48,135 bases of DNA from Candidatus Woesearchaeota archaeon. GTDB lineage: Archaea > Nanobdellota > Nanobdellia > Woesearchaeales > GW2011-AR4. A program made the position numbers and the translations under genes. Location of the stretch: positions 1 to 48,135 of the forward strand of contig JACOZN010000004.1 of the NCBI GenBank assembly GCA_016181305.1, read 5' to 3'. How positions within the stretch are numbered: the stretch's first letter is position 1; each line of letters begins with the position of its first letter. Positions 8,938 through 18,041 of the stretch are shown here, piece after piece. The notes beneath the pieces are model-generated. The model searched no databases, was not told where the DNA came from, and saw only the letters and a program-made list of their open reading frames with translations.

Positions 8938-10417
8938 ATGAATGCAGCTGCTTCTGTAAAAAACTAAAATTAAAGACAGCGCTTTAGTAGTCGGATTTTT
9001 CAAGGAAAAATTTGGATTATCCCCTGAATTAAAAAAATTAGACAGCCAATTTGGCAACGTTATAAGCTCATGCATAAAAACCAGCGGTTTTAAAGCCGAA
9101 AAGGGCGAATTCAAGAATATCTACGTAAATAAAAGCATAAAAAACATTGTCTTGGTGGGATTAGGAGAGCAGGAAAAATATAATTTTGACATTTTGGCTG
9201 CTGTAATCGCAGACGCCTCAAAAAGGCTTCGCGACAACGGGGCAGAAAGCTTTAGCATATTCTTGGACTCTTTTGTCAATGGCAAAATTAGATATGAGGG
9301 AGCTGTTGAGAAGATAACATTAAGCTCGCTGATGGGCTTGTACAAGTTTACAGAATACAAAACCAAGGACAAAGACAAGATAAAGAACATCAAGCAAATA
9401 TCTATAGTAACAAATTCAAATAACAGCTTCGAAAATGAAATAAAATACGCTTACGTAGTTGCAGACGCTGTCAGCAAAACAAGAGACTTGGTTAATACGC
9501 CTCCAAATGTTGCAACGCCCGAGTATGTGGCAGATTATGCAAAAGAGCTTGCAAAAAGAAATGGCCTTAAATGCACTGTATTTGACGAGAAGCAGATTGA
9601 AAAGATGAAGATGGGCTGCTTCATTGGGGTGGCAAAAGGCAGCATCAACAAGCCAAGGATGGTTGTTATTGAGTACAATGGCTCCAAAAGCAAAAAACCC
9701 GTTGCAATTGTAGGCAAAGGCGTGACTTTTGACAGCGGAGGGTTGAATTTGAAGCCTTACCCTTACATCCTAAATATGAAGGATGACAAGGCAGGAGCTG
9801 TTGCGGCAATCCACATAATTGAAGCCTGCTCAAGGCTGAAGCTGCATTTAAATTTGACAGTTGTAACACCTTTGTGCGAGAACATGATAGATGCTGCTTC
9901 CTACAGGCCAGATGATGTTTTGACAGCATTCAATGGGATAACAGTTGAGATTAAAAACACAGATGCAGAAGGCAGATTAATTTTGGCAGACGCCTTAAGT
10001 TATGCCGCTGAAAAGAAGCCGCAAGCCATAATTGACATTGCAACCCTGACAGGCGCAAGCCTTGTTGTCCTTGGCTATGTCGGGACGCCTTTTGTCTGCA
10101 CTGACGAGAATTTGAGAAAAAAAATTAATGAAGCTTCCCCAAAAAGCCTTGAAAAGGTCTGGGAACTTCCCTTGTGGCAGGAGTATGATGAAAGCCTGAA
10201 AAGCGACATTGCGGATGTGAAGCACATTGGCGACGAGGGAGAAGCTGGAGTCATAACAGCAGCAATGTTTTTGAAAAATTTTGTAAATGAATTGCCGTGG
10301 CTTCACATTGACATTGGCACAACAGTCTGGAGCAAGGTTGACAAAGGTATTTTGACAAAAGGAGCCACTGGAGCGACTGTGAGATTGATGATGGAATTGC
10401 TGAGGGAGTGGAAGTAG
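8938..10417 (+). CDS. pepA: Leucyl aminopeptidase (M17), with an apparent +1 frameshift in an A6 run at 8958-8963
   Basis: VGKGVTFDSGG, MKDDKAGA, NTDAEGRL, DIATLTGA and WLHIDI. The reading frame is open from 8960, well upstream of the TTG at 9152. Confidence 0.88.
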
Positions 10418-10419
10418 TA

Positions 10420-11199
10420 TTAAGCTCCAATTTTTGCATTTTTCCATAAAACATTAAAATATTGCATATAGCTATTAACTACTTCTTTATTTTGAACCAA
10501 AAAGCAAACTTTTTGTTCTGGTGTTGCTATGATGGTTGCAACTTTGTCATTAAATACCAAAACCCAAGAGGGTGTTACAATGCCTTTCGGCAAGTATCTT
10601 TGCTGGGCCAGTACTCTTTTCTCTCTTTTTTTCAAAAACCATGTATCATAATCATAGATAACCTTTCGAATAACACCACTATTATCACACTTTTTATGGT
10701 ACTCTTTCCAATAAGCATCAAATAAATTACTTGCGTATGGCGGATAACCAAATGCATATACTATATCTCCTTTTTTACTTTCTTCGAAAGACATATCAAA
10801 AACTGTAATTAAGCCCCTATTTCCCTCAAATATTTCGGCATTAAACTTGCTGTTTGCCATATTCTCTTTAGCCACTAATTCTGGCAGTATTTTCTTGAAT
10901 TCTTTTTTGTGTGATTCTAATTCCTCTTCTTTTAGCTTTATAAAATCAAGAACTTTATGTGGAGGTGTTGCTCTGAAGTGTTTAACCTTACCTTCAATAA
11001 TATAAGAAACTAGTCCTTTTTCTATTAGCCTCTTTAATACATCATAGATTTTAGAGGGAGAAATTTTTGACTGTTCTATAATCTTGCCAGTTGTGGACTT
11101 TCCTATTTCTAATAGAGCCACATAAACTCTTGCTTCACCATCCGTAAGGCCTATATCTCTCAATAATTTTAATTCCATAGCCATAGTTAATATGAACAT
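10420..11199 (-). CDS. TrmB family transcriptional regulator
   Basis: LRDIGLTDGEARVYVALL and SKIYDVLKRLIEKGLV TrmB wHTH, plus a C-terminal effector domain. Confidence 0.88.
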   Translation of the reverse strand: MFILTMAMELKLLRDIGLTDGEARVYVALLEIGKSTTGKIIEQSKISPSKIYDVLKRLIEKGLVSYIIEGKVKHFRATPPHKVLDFIKLKEEELESHKKEFKKILPELVAKENMANSKFNAEIFEGNRGLITVFDMSFEESKKGDIVYAFGYPPYASNLFDAYWKEYHKKCDNSGVIRKVIYDYDTWFLKKREKRVLAQQRYLPKGIVTPSWVLVFNDKVATIIATPEQKVCFLVQNKEVVNSYMQYFNVLWKNAKIGA

Positions 11200-11220
11200 A
11201 TATAAAAATTCTTCTATTTA

Positions 11221-11240
11221 CTACCCTATAAGGGGGGTAG
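11221..11240. promoter_or_regulatory. Palindromic operator CTACCC-N8-GGGTAG
   Basis: GC-rich inverted repeat between two divergent TATA-like elements (near 11200 and 11246). Confidence 0.55.
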
Positions 11241-11288
11241 AAAGATTTAAATAGAGACATCAAAAATAAGAGTTAGGCAGGTGAAATT

Positions 11289-11900
11289 ATGAAAAACATG
11301 CATTACCATCACTTTAAAGGTGATGATCTATCTAGGTCAGAATTCATACAGAGGAAAGTTGTGGAAATGATATTAAACAGTAATCTTCCTGATGAAGAGA
11401 GAGAAAGTTCTAAGATATGGGAATTAAAGCATTCTTCTGGCTGTGTTCAAGTTGGTAGAATATTGGCTGAAAGGAGAGGGCTTAATAAGGAATTTGCGGA
11501 ATTAATATGCATATTACATGATATTTATGTCATCGTAACTGGTAAGTATAGTGATCATGCACATTTGGGAGCCCCAATGGCAGAACAAATTTTAAGAGAG
11601 ACAAACAAGTTTGCTCCTGAAGAAATTAAAATTATTACAGAAGCAGTGTTCCATCACAGCGATAAGCATGTCTATTCAGAAAATCCTTATGTGGAATTAG
11701 CTAAAGACGCTGATACTCTAGATTGCTTCTTATACGATAATGTAGAAGACTATTATATCTACAACAAGCCGCCCCAGGTGGCTAAAGAATACTTTAAGAG
11801 AATTATAAAAATCAGAAAAGATTTAGGAATGAAAGCCTTAAAAAAACATCTGGAGATACTAAAACAATTAGAAAAGAAATCTGCTAAGGTAAAAACATGA
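11289..11900 (+). CDS. HD-domain phosphohydrolase
   Basis: H...LHDI...H...HH...DAD metal-binding pattern. Confidence 0.85.
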   Translation: MKNMHYHHFKGDDLSRSEFIQRKVVEMILNSNLPDEERESSKIWELKHSSGCVQVGRILAERRGLNKEFAELICILHDIYVIVTGKYSDHAHLGAPMAEQILRETNKFAPEEIKIITEAVFHHSDKHVYSENPYVELAKDADTLDCFLYDNVEDYYIYNKPPQVAKEYFKRIIKIRKDLGMKALKKHLEILKQLEKKSAKVKT

Positions 11901-13354
11901 TAGAGGAATGGTTTAGATGGGAACGTGAAAGTACTATCCATCCCTTATTTGTCCCTTACATAGGCTCATTTACAAGACAGAGGGAGTACATCGGAACAAA
12001 TTGGCCCACTACCCTACTTATCTTTAGGGGTCATGTAGTTTTGTGGTGCAACAAAATAGAGCCTTTACATAAATTTGGACAAAAATTAATCTATTTATTT
12101 TTGACTACGAATAAATTAAAAAAAGTCATGAAGGACTTAAATTCCTACATTAAAAAATTGAAACAGCATTTTGCTAAAATAGGAAAGTTTGATTTGAACA
12201 GATTAAGTAATGAAGAACTTCTAGAAGTTTATAATGATTTCATGAATGATTATATAGATTACTGGAAAGTTGGTATGCTAGCCGAACCTGTTGGTATTCA
12301 AGGCGAACACTTGATAAAATCTAAATTAAAAGGTATTAAAGATAACAAATTGTTTAACCAGTATTTGTCAGTTTTAATTGCCACCACCAAGAAATCTTTT
12401 TCACGGCAGCAAGAAGAAGACTTGCTAAAAATTGCCATAAAAACTAAAGGCAATGTAAATTCGTCACTTACAAAGAATTTGCTAAAAGAGCATTCCAAAA
12501 AATACTTTTGGATGAACAATAATTATTATACAACTGAAGTACTAGATGAAAATTTTTTCTTCAAAGAATTAAAGGATTTGCTATCTAAATATAAACAACC
12601 TGAAAAATATCTGAGAGAAATGGAAAAATTAGACAAAGAATCTATTAGTAATAAAAAATCAGTTATAAACAAATTAAAATTAAGCAAAAAAGACAAAAAG
12701 TTAGTAAAAATTATTGATGATTTTGGTTGGTTTCAAGATGAGAGGAAGAAATACAACATGATGGCAAACCACTACTTGGACTTGCTTTTAAATGAAATTG
12801 GAAAAAGAAGTAAACTAAGCCTAATGGAAATAAAATTCACTATACCCTACGAAACTGAATCAATTTTAAAAGGAACTTTTAACAAAGAAGAAATTAGCAA
12901 AAGAATGAAAAATTGCTTAATTGTATGGGAAGGAGATAAAGATACTTATGAAATTTATACTGGCAAGAAAGCAGTTCAAAAAGAAAAGCAATTATTTTCT
13001 GGTAAGACGGGTGTACATGAAGTTACAGAAATAGAAGGAATGACGGCTAGTACTGGGCGTGTGCGAGGCTATGTACGTGTAACCATGAGTGCCAAAGAGG
13101 CAAAAAATATCAAAAAGGGAGAGATTTTAGTTACCTCTATGACTTCCCCTGATTTTATAGCAGGCATAAAAAATGCTGCAGCCATTGTAACAAATGAGGG
13201 GGGAGTTACATGCCATGCAGCTATTATTTCTAGAGAATTTGGAGTTCCATGTGTTATAGGGACTAAGATAGCAACTCAAATATTGAAAACTGGAGATTAT
13301 GTGGAAGTTGATGGTATTCATGGGGCTGTACGCATTTTAAAGAAGAAGGTTTAA
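11897..13354 (+). CDS. Dikinase-like subunit: large helical/substrate domain plus C-terminal phospho-His swivel domain
   Basis: GEILVTSMTSPD and TNEGGVTCHAAIISREFGVPCVIG at the C-terminus. Confidence 0.85.
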   Translation: MIEEWFRWERESTIHPLFVPYIGSFTRQREYIGTNWPTTLLIFRGHVVLWCNKIEPLHKFGQKLIYLFLTTNKLKKVMKDLNSYIKKLKQHFAKIGKFDLNRLSNEELLEVYNDFMNDYIDYWKVGMLAEPVGIQGEHLIKSKLKGIKDNKLFNQYLSVLIATTKKSFSRQQEEDLLKIAIKTKGNVNSSLTKNLLKEHSKKYFWMNNNYYTTEVLDENFFFKELKDLLSKYKQPEKYLREMEKLDKESISNKKSVINKLKLSKKDKKLVKIIDDFGWFQDERKKYNMMANHYLDLLLNEIGKRSKLSLMEIKFTIPYETESILKGTFNKEEISKRMKNCLIVWEGDKDTYEIYTGKKAVQKEKQLFSGKTGVHEVTEIEGMTASTGRVRGYVRVTMSAKEAKNIKKGEILVTSMTSPDFIAGIKNAAAIVTNEGGVTCHAAIISREFGVPCVIGTKIATQILKTGDYVEVDGIHGAVRILKKKV

Positions 13355-13380
13355 ATAGAATTATTTGTAATTATTCTCAT

Positions 13381-14316
13381 ATGCACAAAAATGAATTCGT
13401 CCTTTGGTTTGAAGATATAAAGAAAAAAGATACAGTATCTGTAGGTGGTAAGGCAGCTAATTTAGGAGAGCTTTATTCCAAATTTCCTATACCTGACGGA
13501 TTCTGTATAACTGTTAAATTTTTTGATGACTTTTTACAATCTACTGATATAAAGGATAAAATTCTTGAATTACTGAAAAAGCTAGATGCAAAGAAATCTG
13601 AGAATGTAGACAATATTTCAAATAAAATAAAGAATTTGATTACAAAACAAGCAATTCCTAATAATCTTAGAATATCAATTTTAGAAAATTATATGAAATT
13701 AGGCGGATTTGTAGCAGTTCGGAGTTCAGCCGTGGCTGAAGATTTAAAACAGGCATCTTTTGCAGGGCAACAATCTTCTTTTCTGAATGTAAAAGGCAAG
13801 AATTTGATAAAATATATTAAAAAATGTTGGGCGTCATTCTATAATTCAAGAGCGATAATATATCGAGAAAAAAATAAGTTTAGTCATGCACCTTCTATGG
13901 CAGTTGTTATACAAAAAATGGTTAACGCCAAGAAATCAGGCGTTATATTTACAGTTAATCCTGTCAATAAGAACAAGAATGAAATGATTATTGAGTCTAT
14001 TTTTGGTTTGGGCGAAGCTATTGTTTCTGGTATAGTAACTCCAGATCATTATGCAATTGAAAAGAAAAATTTGAAGATTGTAAAAGAGATAATTAACGAA
14101 AAGAAGATAGCTATATTAAGAACAAATGGCAAAAATAAAACAATAAAATTAGACGCAAAAAAAGCTAATTCAAAGACTCTAAACTTTAACGAGCTAAAGC
14201 AATTGGCAAAAGAGGCATTAAAAATTGAAAAGCATTACAAAAAGTCTATGGATATTGAATGGGCTATTGATGATAAATTGTATATTCTGCAGGCTAGACC
14301 AATTACCACACTTTAA
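13381..14316 (+). CDS. Stand-alone PPDK/PEP-synthase N-terminal ATP-grasp subunit
   Basis: VGGKAANLGEL, AVRSSAVAED, SFAGQ, GLGEAIVSG and DIEW. It ends at LQARPITTL, the domain boundary. Confidence 0.88.
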   Translation: MHKNEFVLWFEDIKKKDTVSVGGKAANLGELYSKFPIPDGFCITVKFFDDFLQSTDIKDKILELLKKLDAKKSENVDNISNKIKNLITKQAIPNNLRISILENYMKLGGFVAVRSSAVAEDLKQASFAGQQSSFLNVKGKNLIKYIKKCWASFYNSRAIIYREKNKFSHAPSMAVVIQKMVNAKKSGVIFTVNPVNKNKNEMIIESIFGLGEAIVSGIVTPDHYAIEKKNLKIVKEIINEKKIAILRTNGKNKTIKLDAKKANSKTLNFNELKQLAKEALKIEKHYKKSMDIEWAIDDKLYILQARPITTL

Positions 14317-14367
14317 CAAATCAAAAAAAGAGTAACCTTTTAAAATCCATCCAAATTCTAAAATCTT

Positions 14368-15303
14368 ATGTACGACGTAATCATCATCGGGGCAGGCGCA
14401 GCTGGATTGACAGCAGCAATCTACACCTGCAGGAAGAAGCTCAAAACCGCAATATTGAGCATTGATGTCGGCGGGCAGACTAATCTGACAAGCCATATTG
14501 AAAACTACCCGGGCACAGGCCCTATGCACGGCATTGAGTTGATGAGAAGATTCCAAGATGAAGCAATAGGCTTTGGCGCAGAAATTATTATGGGCAAGGC
14601 AAACAAAGCGGATAAAACTGAAAACGGCTTTAGAATTGGACTGGCAAATGGCGAAAGCTACGAGTGCAAAGCACTCATTCTTGCATATGGAAAAGTCCCG
14701 AAAAGTTTGGGAATTGAAGGCGAGGAGAAATTCATGGGCAGGGGTGTTTCAACATGCGTGACTTGCGATGCTCCTTTGTATAAAAACAGGGATGTTGCTG
14801 TAATAGGCGGCGGAAATTCTGCTGTTGAAGGCTCCTTGGAGCTTGCCACAATTGCAAAAAGGGTTTACATAGTCCACAGGAGAGATTCTTTCAGGGCCGA
14901 TGAGATAACAGTTGAAAAGCTCAAAAGCAATAAAAACATAGAGCTTGTTCTTAACAGCATTCCGACAAAAGTAATTGGCGACAAGAATGTTGATGGCATT
15001 GAAGTTGAGAATATCGTGTCAAAAGAAAAAAAAGAATTGAAAGTTGACGGGGTTTTCATTGAAATTGGCTATGTGGTTGACACTTCCTTTGTGCAACATC
15101 TTGTAAAAGTAAATGAGAAAAAAGAGATTATTGTTGATGAAAGGTGCAACACATCATGCCTTGGGATATTTGCAGCAGGCGACATAACTCCAGTCCCGTT
15201 CAAGCAGACAGTTATAGCAGCGGGCGAAGGCTCAAAAGCAGCACTTGAATGCTACAGGTGGCTTACAGGCGGAAAAGGGGCTGTATTGGACTGGACTCAT
15301 TGA
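14368..15303 (+). CDS. trxB: Thioredoxin reductase
   Basis: GAGAAG, the CVTC redox motif, GGGNSA and GIFAAGD. Confidence 0.93.
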   Translation: MYDVIIIGAGAAGLTAAIYTCRKKLKTAILSIDVGGQTNLTSHIENYPGTGPMHGIELMRRFQDEAIGFGAEIIMGKANKADKTENGFRIGLANGESYECKALILAYGKVPKSLGIEGEEKFMGRGVSTCVTCDAPLYKNRDVAVIGGGNSAVEGSLELATIAKRVYIVHRRDSFRADEITVEKLKSNKNIELVLNSIPTKVIGDKNVDGIEVENIVSKEKKELKVDGVFIEIGYVVDTSFVQHLVKVNEKKEIIVDERCNTSCLGIFAAGDITPVPFKQTVIAAGEGSKAALECYRWLTGGKGAVLDWTH

Positions 15304-15395
15304 AAATAAATATATATTCCATTCATAAAACAATTAAAAAATAAAAAACGAGAGCGTCCTCTGAATGTAATCGCGTTGGAGGAAACCCGCTTTTT

Positions 15396-16136
15396 ATGTA
15401 CAAAAAAATAATATCGCTGGCGCCGAGCAACACAGAAATTCTTTATGGATTGAAAGCAGATGGCAATTTAGTTGCCGTCACAAGATACTGCGATTTTCCC
15501 GATGAGGCAAGAAAAAAGCCAAGAATAGGGGGCTGGCTGGATATAAGTGATGAATTGATTAAGAGCTACAACCCTGATTTGCTGCTGGCTTCCACATTCG
15601 TGCAAAACAAAATCACTGATAAGTATAGGAAAAAGACAACGCTAAAAGGCGTTTTTGATTCAATAGAAAAAATCGGAAAATTAGTCGGCAAAGAAAAAGA
15701 GGCATTGCATTTGATTCAGTCAATGAAAAATAAATTCAATGAAATACAATATAAAATAAAAAATATAAAAACAAAGCCAAGGGTTTATATTGAGGAATGG
15801 CACAAGCCGCCTACAGTTTCAGGCAACTGGGTGCCAACTCTTGTGAATATGGCTGGCGGCGATTATAGCTTGATAAAGGCAGGAGTGCACAGCAGGGCTG
15901 TTTCAACAGAGCAGATTCAGAAGTATGATCCTGGAATAATCATTGTTTCAATCTGCGGCATGGCTGACAAAGTCCCAAAAGAGTGTGTTACAAAAAGGGA
16001 AGGCTGGAAGAATTTAAGCGCTGTAAAGAATGGCAAAGTTTATGTTTTTGATGATTCGTGGCTCAACCGCCCTGGGCCAAGATTAGTTGTTGGATTGGAA
16101 AAATTAGCGAGAGTGATTCATCCTGAGTGTTTCTAG
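15396..16136 (+). CDS. Cobalamin/iron-siderophore periplasmic-binding protein (BtuF-like), no signal peptide seen
   Basis: IISLAPSNTEIL, VTRYCDFP, LSAVKNGKVY and RPGPRL. Confidence 0.82.
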   Translation: MYKKIISLAPSNTEILYGLKADGNLVAVTRYCDFPDEARKKPRIGGWLDISDELIKSYNPDLLLASTFVQNKITDKYRKKTTLKGVFDSIEKIGKLVGKEKEALHLIQSMKNKFNEIQYKIKNIKTKPRVYIEEWHKPPTVSGNWVPTLVNMAGGDYSLIKAGVHSRAVSTEQIQKYDPGIIIVSICGMADKVPKECVTKREGWKNLSAVKNGKVYVFDDSWLNRPGPRLVVGLEKLARVIHPECF

Positions 16137-16861
16137 GCTGGTTTTTCAGCCATTTTGTGCATTCCAAGGGAATAGCCGGTTTCCTGCATTATCCTGTATG
16201 TGTTGCTTACAAGCTTGCCAAGCACACTTGGCGCTGCAACGGAATAGGGTGTTTTGTCTTTTGGCTCTGTTTTTTCATCACCTACTATGAATTTCTTGAA
16301 TACCCAAGCCTGAAGCGCAAGCGCTGGAATCTGGGCTAGCGTAGGCAAAAATGTGGTTAAATAAGTCGGAACTGAAAGTATGGCCATAGCCAATTTATTG
16401 ATTTTTTTGTATTTGTCCCAAAAATTTTCAATTAGCAGCTTTTTTCTCTCTATGACATTTTCTGTCAGCATGTAGTATGCATTTGCTGCCAACTGCCATG
16501 CTGGAATCAGTGCAGCCCTTGCGTATGGATTCAGGGCCCCTATAGGCTCAAAGGTATATTTTGCAAATATTGAGAACAGCGTGCCGATAAGGGACTTTCT
16601 CGCTGCAGAGCCTGAACTTCTGTCATTGCCGCCAAAATATAGCCCAGCTGATGTTGCAGTTGCTCCGAAGCCGCCCATTCCATTAAAATTTCCTATGCCT
16701 CTGTCAGCAGCCAAAGGAAGCCCTATTGCAGCGCCCATATTGGCTACCTTTTTCACTCCGCCGATGATTTCTTCCAGAGTGCCTCCCGATGCTTCTGCTT
16801 TTTTCTGCACGCTTGCAGGTTGGGCGGTTGGATTGATTTTATCGCCTATATCTTCAGCCAT
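16133..16861 (-). CDS. Hypothetical membrane protein C, with an Mpv17/PMP22-like C-terminal half
   Basis: Start at MAEDIG (16861), overlapping the RHH stop. Gly/Ala-rich hydrophobic helices; tail GYSLGMHKMAEKPA. Confidence 0.6.
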   Translation of the reverse strand: MAEDIGDKINPTAQPASVQKKAEASGGTLEEIIGGVKKVANMGAAIGLPLAADRGIGNFNGMGGFGATATSAGLYFGGNDRSSGSAARKSLIGTLFSIFAKYTFEPIGALNPYARAALIPAWQLAANAYYMLTENVIERKKLLIENFWDKYKKINKLAMAILSVPTYLTTFLPTLAQIPALALQAWVFKKFIVGDEKTEPKDKTPYSVAAPSVLGKLVSNTYRIMQETGYSLGMHKMAEKPA

Positions 16862-17044
16862 TTTCTTCCTCAAGCAGTTTTTTGACTGCAAACTCTACAA
16901 CGTGGCTTTTGTTCCTGAATCTGCCGCTTTCAATAGTTTTCAGAATATCAAAAACCACTTTCTCGTCGATTGTTATGCTGAGTTTGTGTTTCATTTTGAC
17001 TATGCCGGCTTTTCAGCCATTTTGTGCATTCCAAGGGAATAGCC
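16143..17044. repeat. Identical 35-bp direct repeat pair (16143-16177 and 17010-17044)
   Basis: TTTTCAGCCATTTTGTGCATTCCAAGGGAATAGCC occurs twice. Confidence 0.9.
16854..16994 (-). CDS. Ribbon-helix-helix (CopG/MetJ-like) regulator, 46 aa, absent from the ORF track
   Basis: MKHKLSITIDEKVVFDILKTIESGRFRNKSHVVEFAVKKLLEEENG. Confidence 0.85.
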   Translation of the reverse strand: MKHKLSITIDEKVVFDILKTIESGRFRNKSHVVEFAVKKLLEEENG

Positions 17045-17967
17045 TGTGTTCTGCACAATTTTGTACAAGCCGCTCAGTAGTTTTGTTGGAGCAGTGGCTG
17101 CAGCTTTTACGTAAGGAACAGGGTTCATTGCCTTGAAAAGGTTCTTTAGGCTGGCTCCTTCGCTTTTTGGCCCTACAAGCCTGAACAAGAAAGTCATCAA
17201 AGAGCCGTAAGCCAGCTGCGCGGCTATTCCAAACTGGTATAGATACAGGACATTAAATGCGCTGAAAGGCAAAACATATTTCCATACCCTTTTCATTGTA
17301 GGCCAGTAATCGTTCTTGAATTTTGTGTACAAGCCTTTAAAGCTGAAATTCTGCACAATATGATTAAGCCCGGTGTACAAGCCTACAAATGCTGCCTGCC
17401 CAATAGCAAGCGCTCCGACAGCTGCAGCTGCGCCGGGTATTGCGCCCGCATAATTAGTTGCATACTGCCTTGCAACCTCTATGTATTTGAAAAGAGCTTC
17501 AAGCGGGGGCATGATTGCTGTTCCGACAAAAGATTCCTTTGAAGCCTTTACATTTGCTTTCAGGTCAATGGGCTTTTTTGCCATAATGTCATCAACCCTT
17601 GCTCCCAATGACAAGGGATAGGCGTTAATCATTGCATTTGTCCTTGCCTCTCCGGAAAACATGAACGGGAATGCAATTTCAGCTGCAACTGCCCCTACAT
17701 TTTTGGCAGCATAAATTGACTCGTCTATGACGCGCTCCAATGTTCCTTTCTCTTCTTTCTTCTCCTGCTGCGGGGCATTCTTTGCTGCCTGTTCCTGTTC
17801 TCTTAGTTTATGAAAATCGCGGAGCTCTGATTGTATGTCCTCAGCCATTTTGCACCTCAGTGTGGGTTTGTTGGGAAGTGGGCAGGCGTATGCCACTCGC
17901 CTGTGGCGAGTTTTCCTCAAGCAGTTTTTTGACTGCAAACTCTACAACGTGGCTTTTGTTCCTGAAT
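16866..17967. repeat. Identical 55-bp direct repeat pair (16866-16920 and 17913-17967)
   Basis: TTCCTCAAGCAGTTTTTTGACTGCAAACTCTACAACGTGGCTTTTGTTCCTGAAT occurs twice and encodes the 3' part of both RHH genes. Confidence 0.9.
17000..17848 (-). CDS. Hypothetical membrane protein B, with an Mpv17/PMP22-like C-terminal half
   Basis: Start at MAEDIQ (17848). KFKNDYWPTMKRVWKYVLPFSAFN resembles the Mpv17/PMP22 motif. Same tail as protein C. Confidence 0.65.
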   Translation of the reverse strand: MAEDIQSELRDFHKLREQEQAAKNAPQQEKKEEKGTLERVIDESIYAAKNVGAVAAEIAFPFMFSGEARTNAMINAYPLSLGARVDDIMAKKPIDLKANVKASKESFVGTAIMPPLEALFKYIEVARQYATNYAGAIPGAAAAVGALAIGQAAFVGLYTGLNHIVQNFSFKGLYTKFKNDYWPTMKRVWKYVLPFSAFNVLYLYQFGIAAQLAYGSLMTFLFRLVGPKSEGASLKNLFKAMNPVPYVKAAATAPTKLLSGLYKIVQNTGYSLGMHKMAEKPA

Positions 17968-18041
17968 TTTCCTGAAGAAAGAGCCTTGGCTATCTCAGCA
18001 ACCACTTCCTCATCCAGAGTTACGCTCAGCTTTGATTTCAT
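17841..18041 (-). CDS. Ribbon-helix-helix regulator, paralog of 16854-16994, extended by an inserted sequence
   Basis: MKSKLSVTLDEEVVAEIAKALSSGKFRNKSHVVEFAVKKLLEE. Confidence 0.85.
   Translation of the reverse strand: MKSKLSVTLDEEVVAEIAKALSSGKFRNKSHVVEFAVKKLLEENSPQASGIRLPTSQQTHTEVQNG

Noticed and set aside
11897-14316. Annotation as PEP synthase (ppsA)
   Set aside because: No C-terminal PEP/pyruvate-binding barrel in either gene, so pyruvate specificity is unsupported.
15345-15395. Possible cobalamin riboswitch upstream of the BtuF-like gene
   Set aside because: Only a short TCCTC/GAGGA hairpin. It lacks the B12-box and core motifs, and the spacer is too short.
16133-17938. Shared N-terminus MQSKNCLRK in two listed ORFs
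   Set aside because: It is an out-of-frame reading of the RHH 3' ends. The probable starts are the MAED codons at 16861 and 17848.
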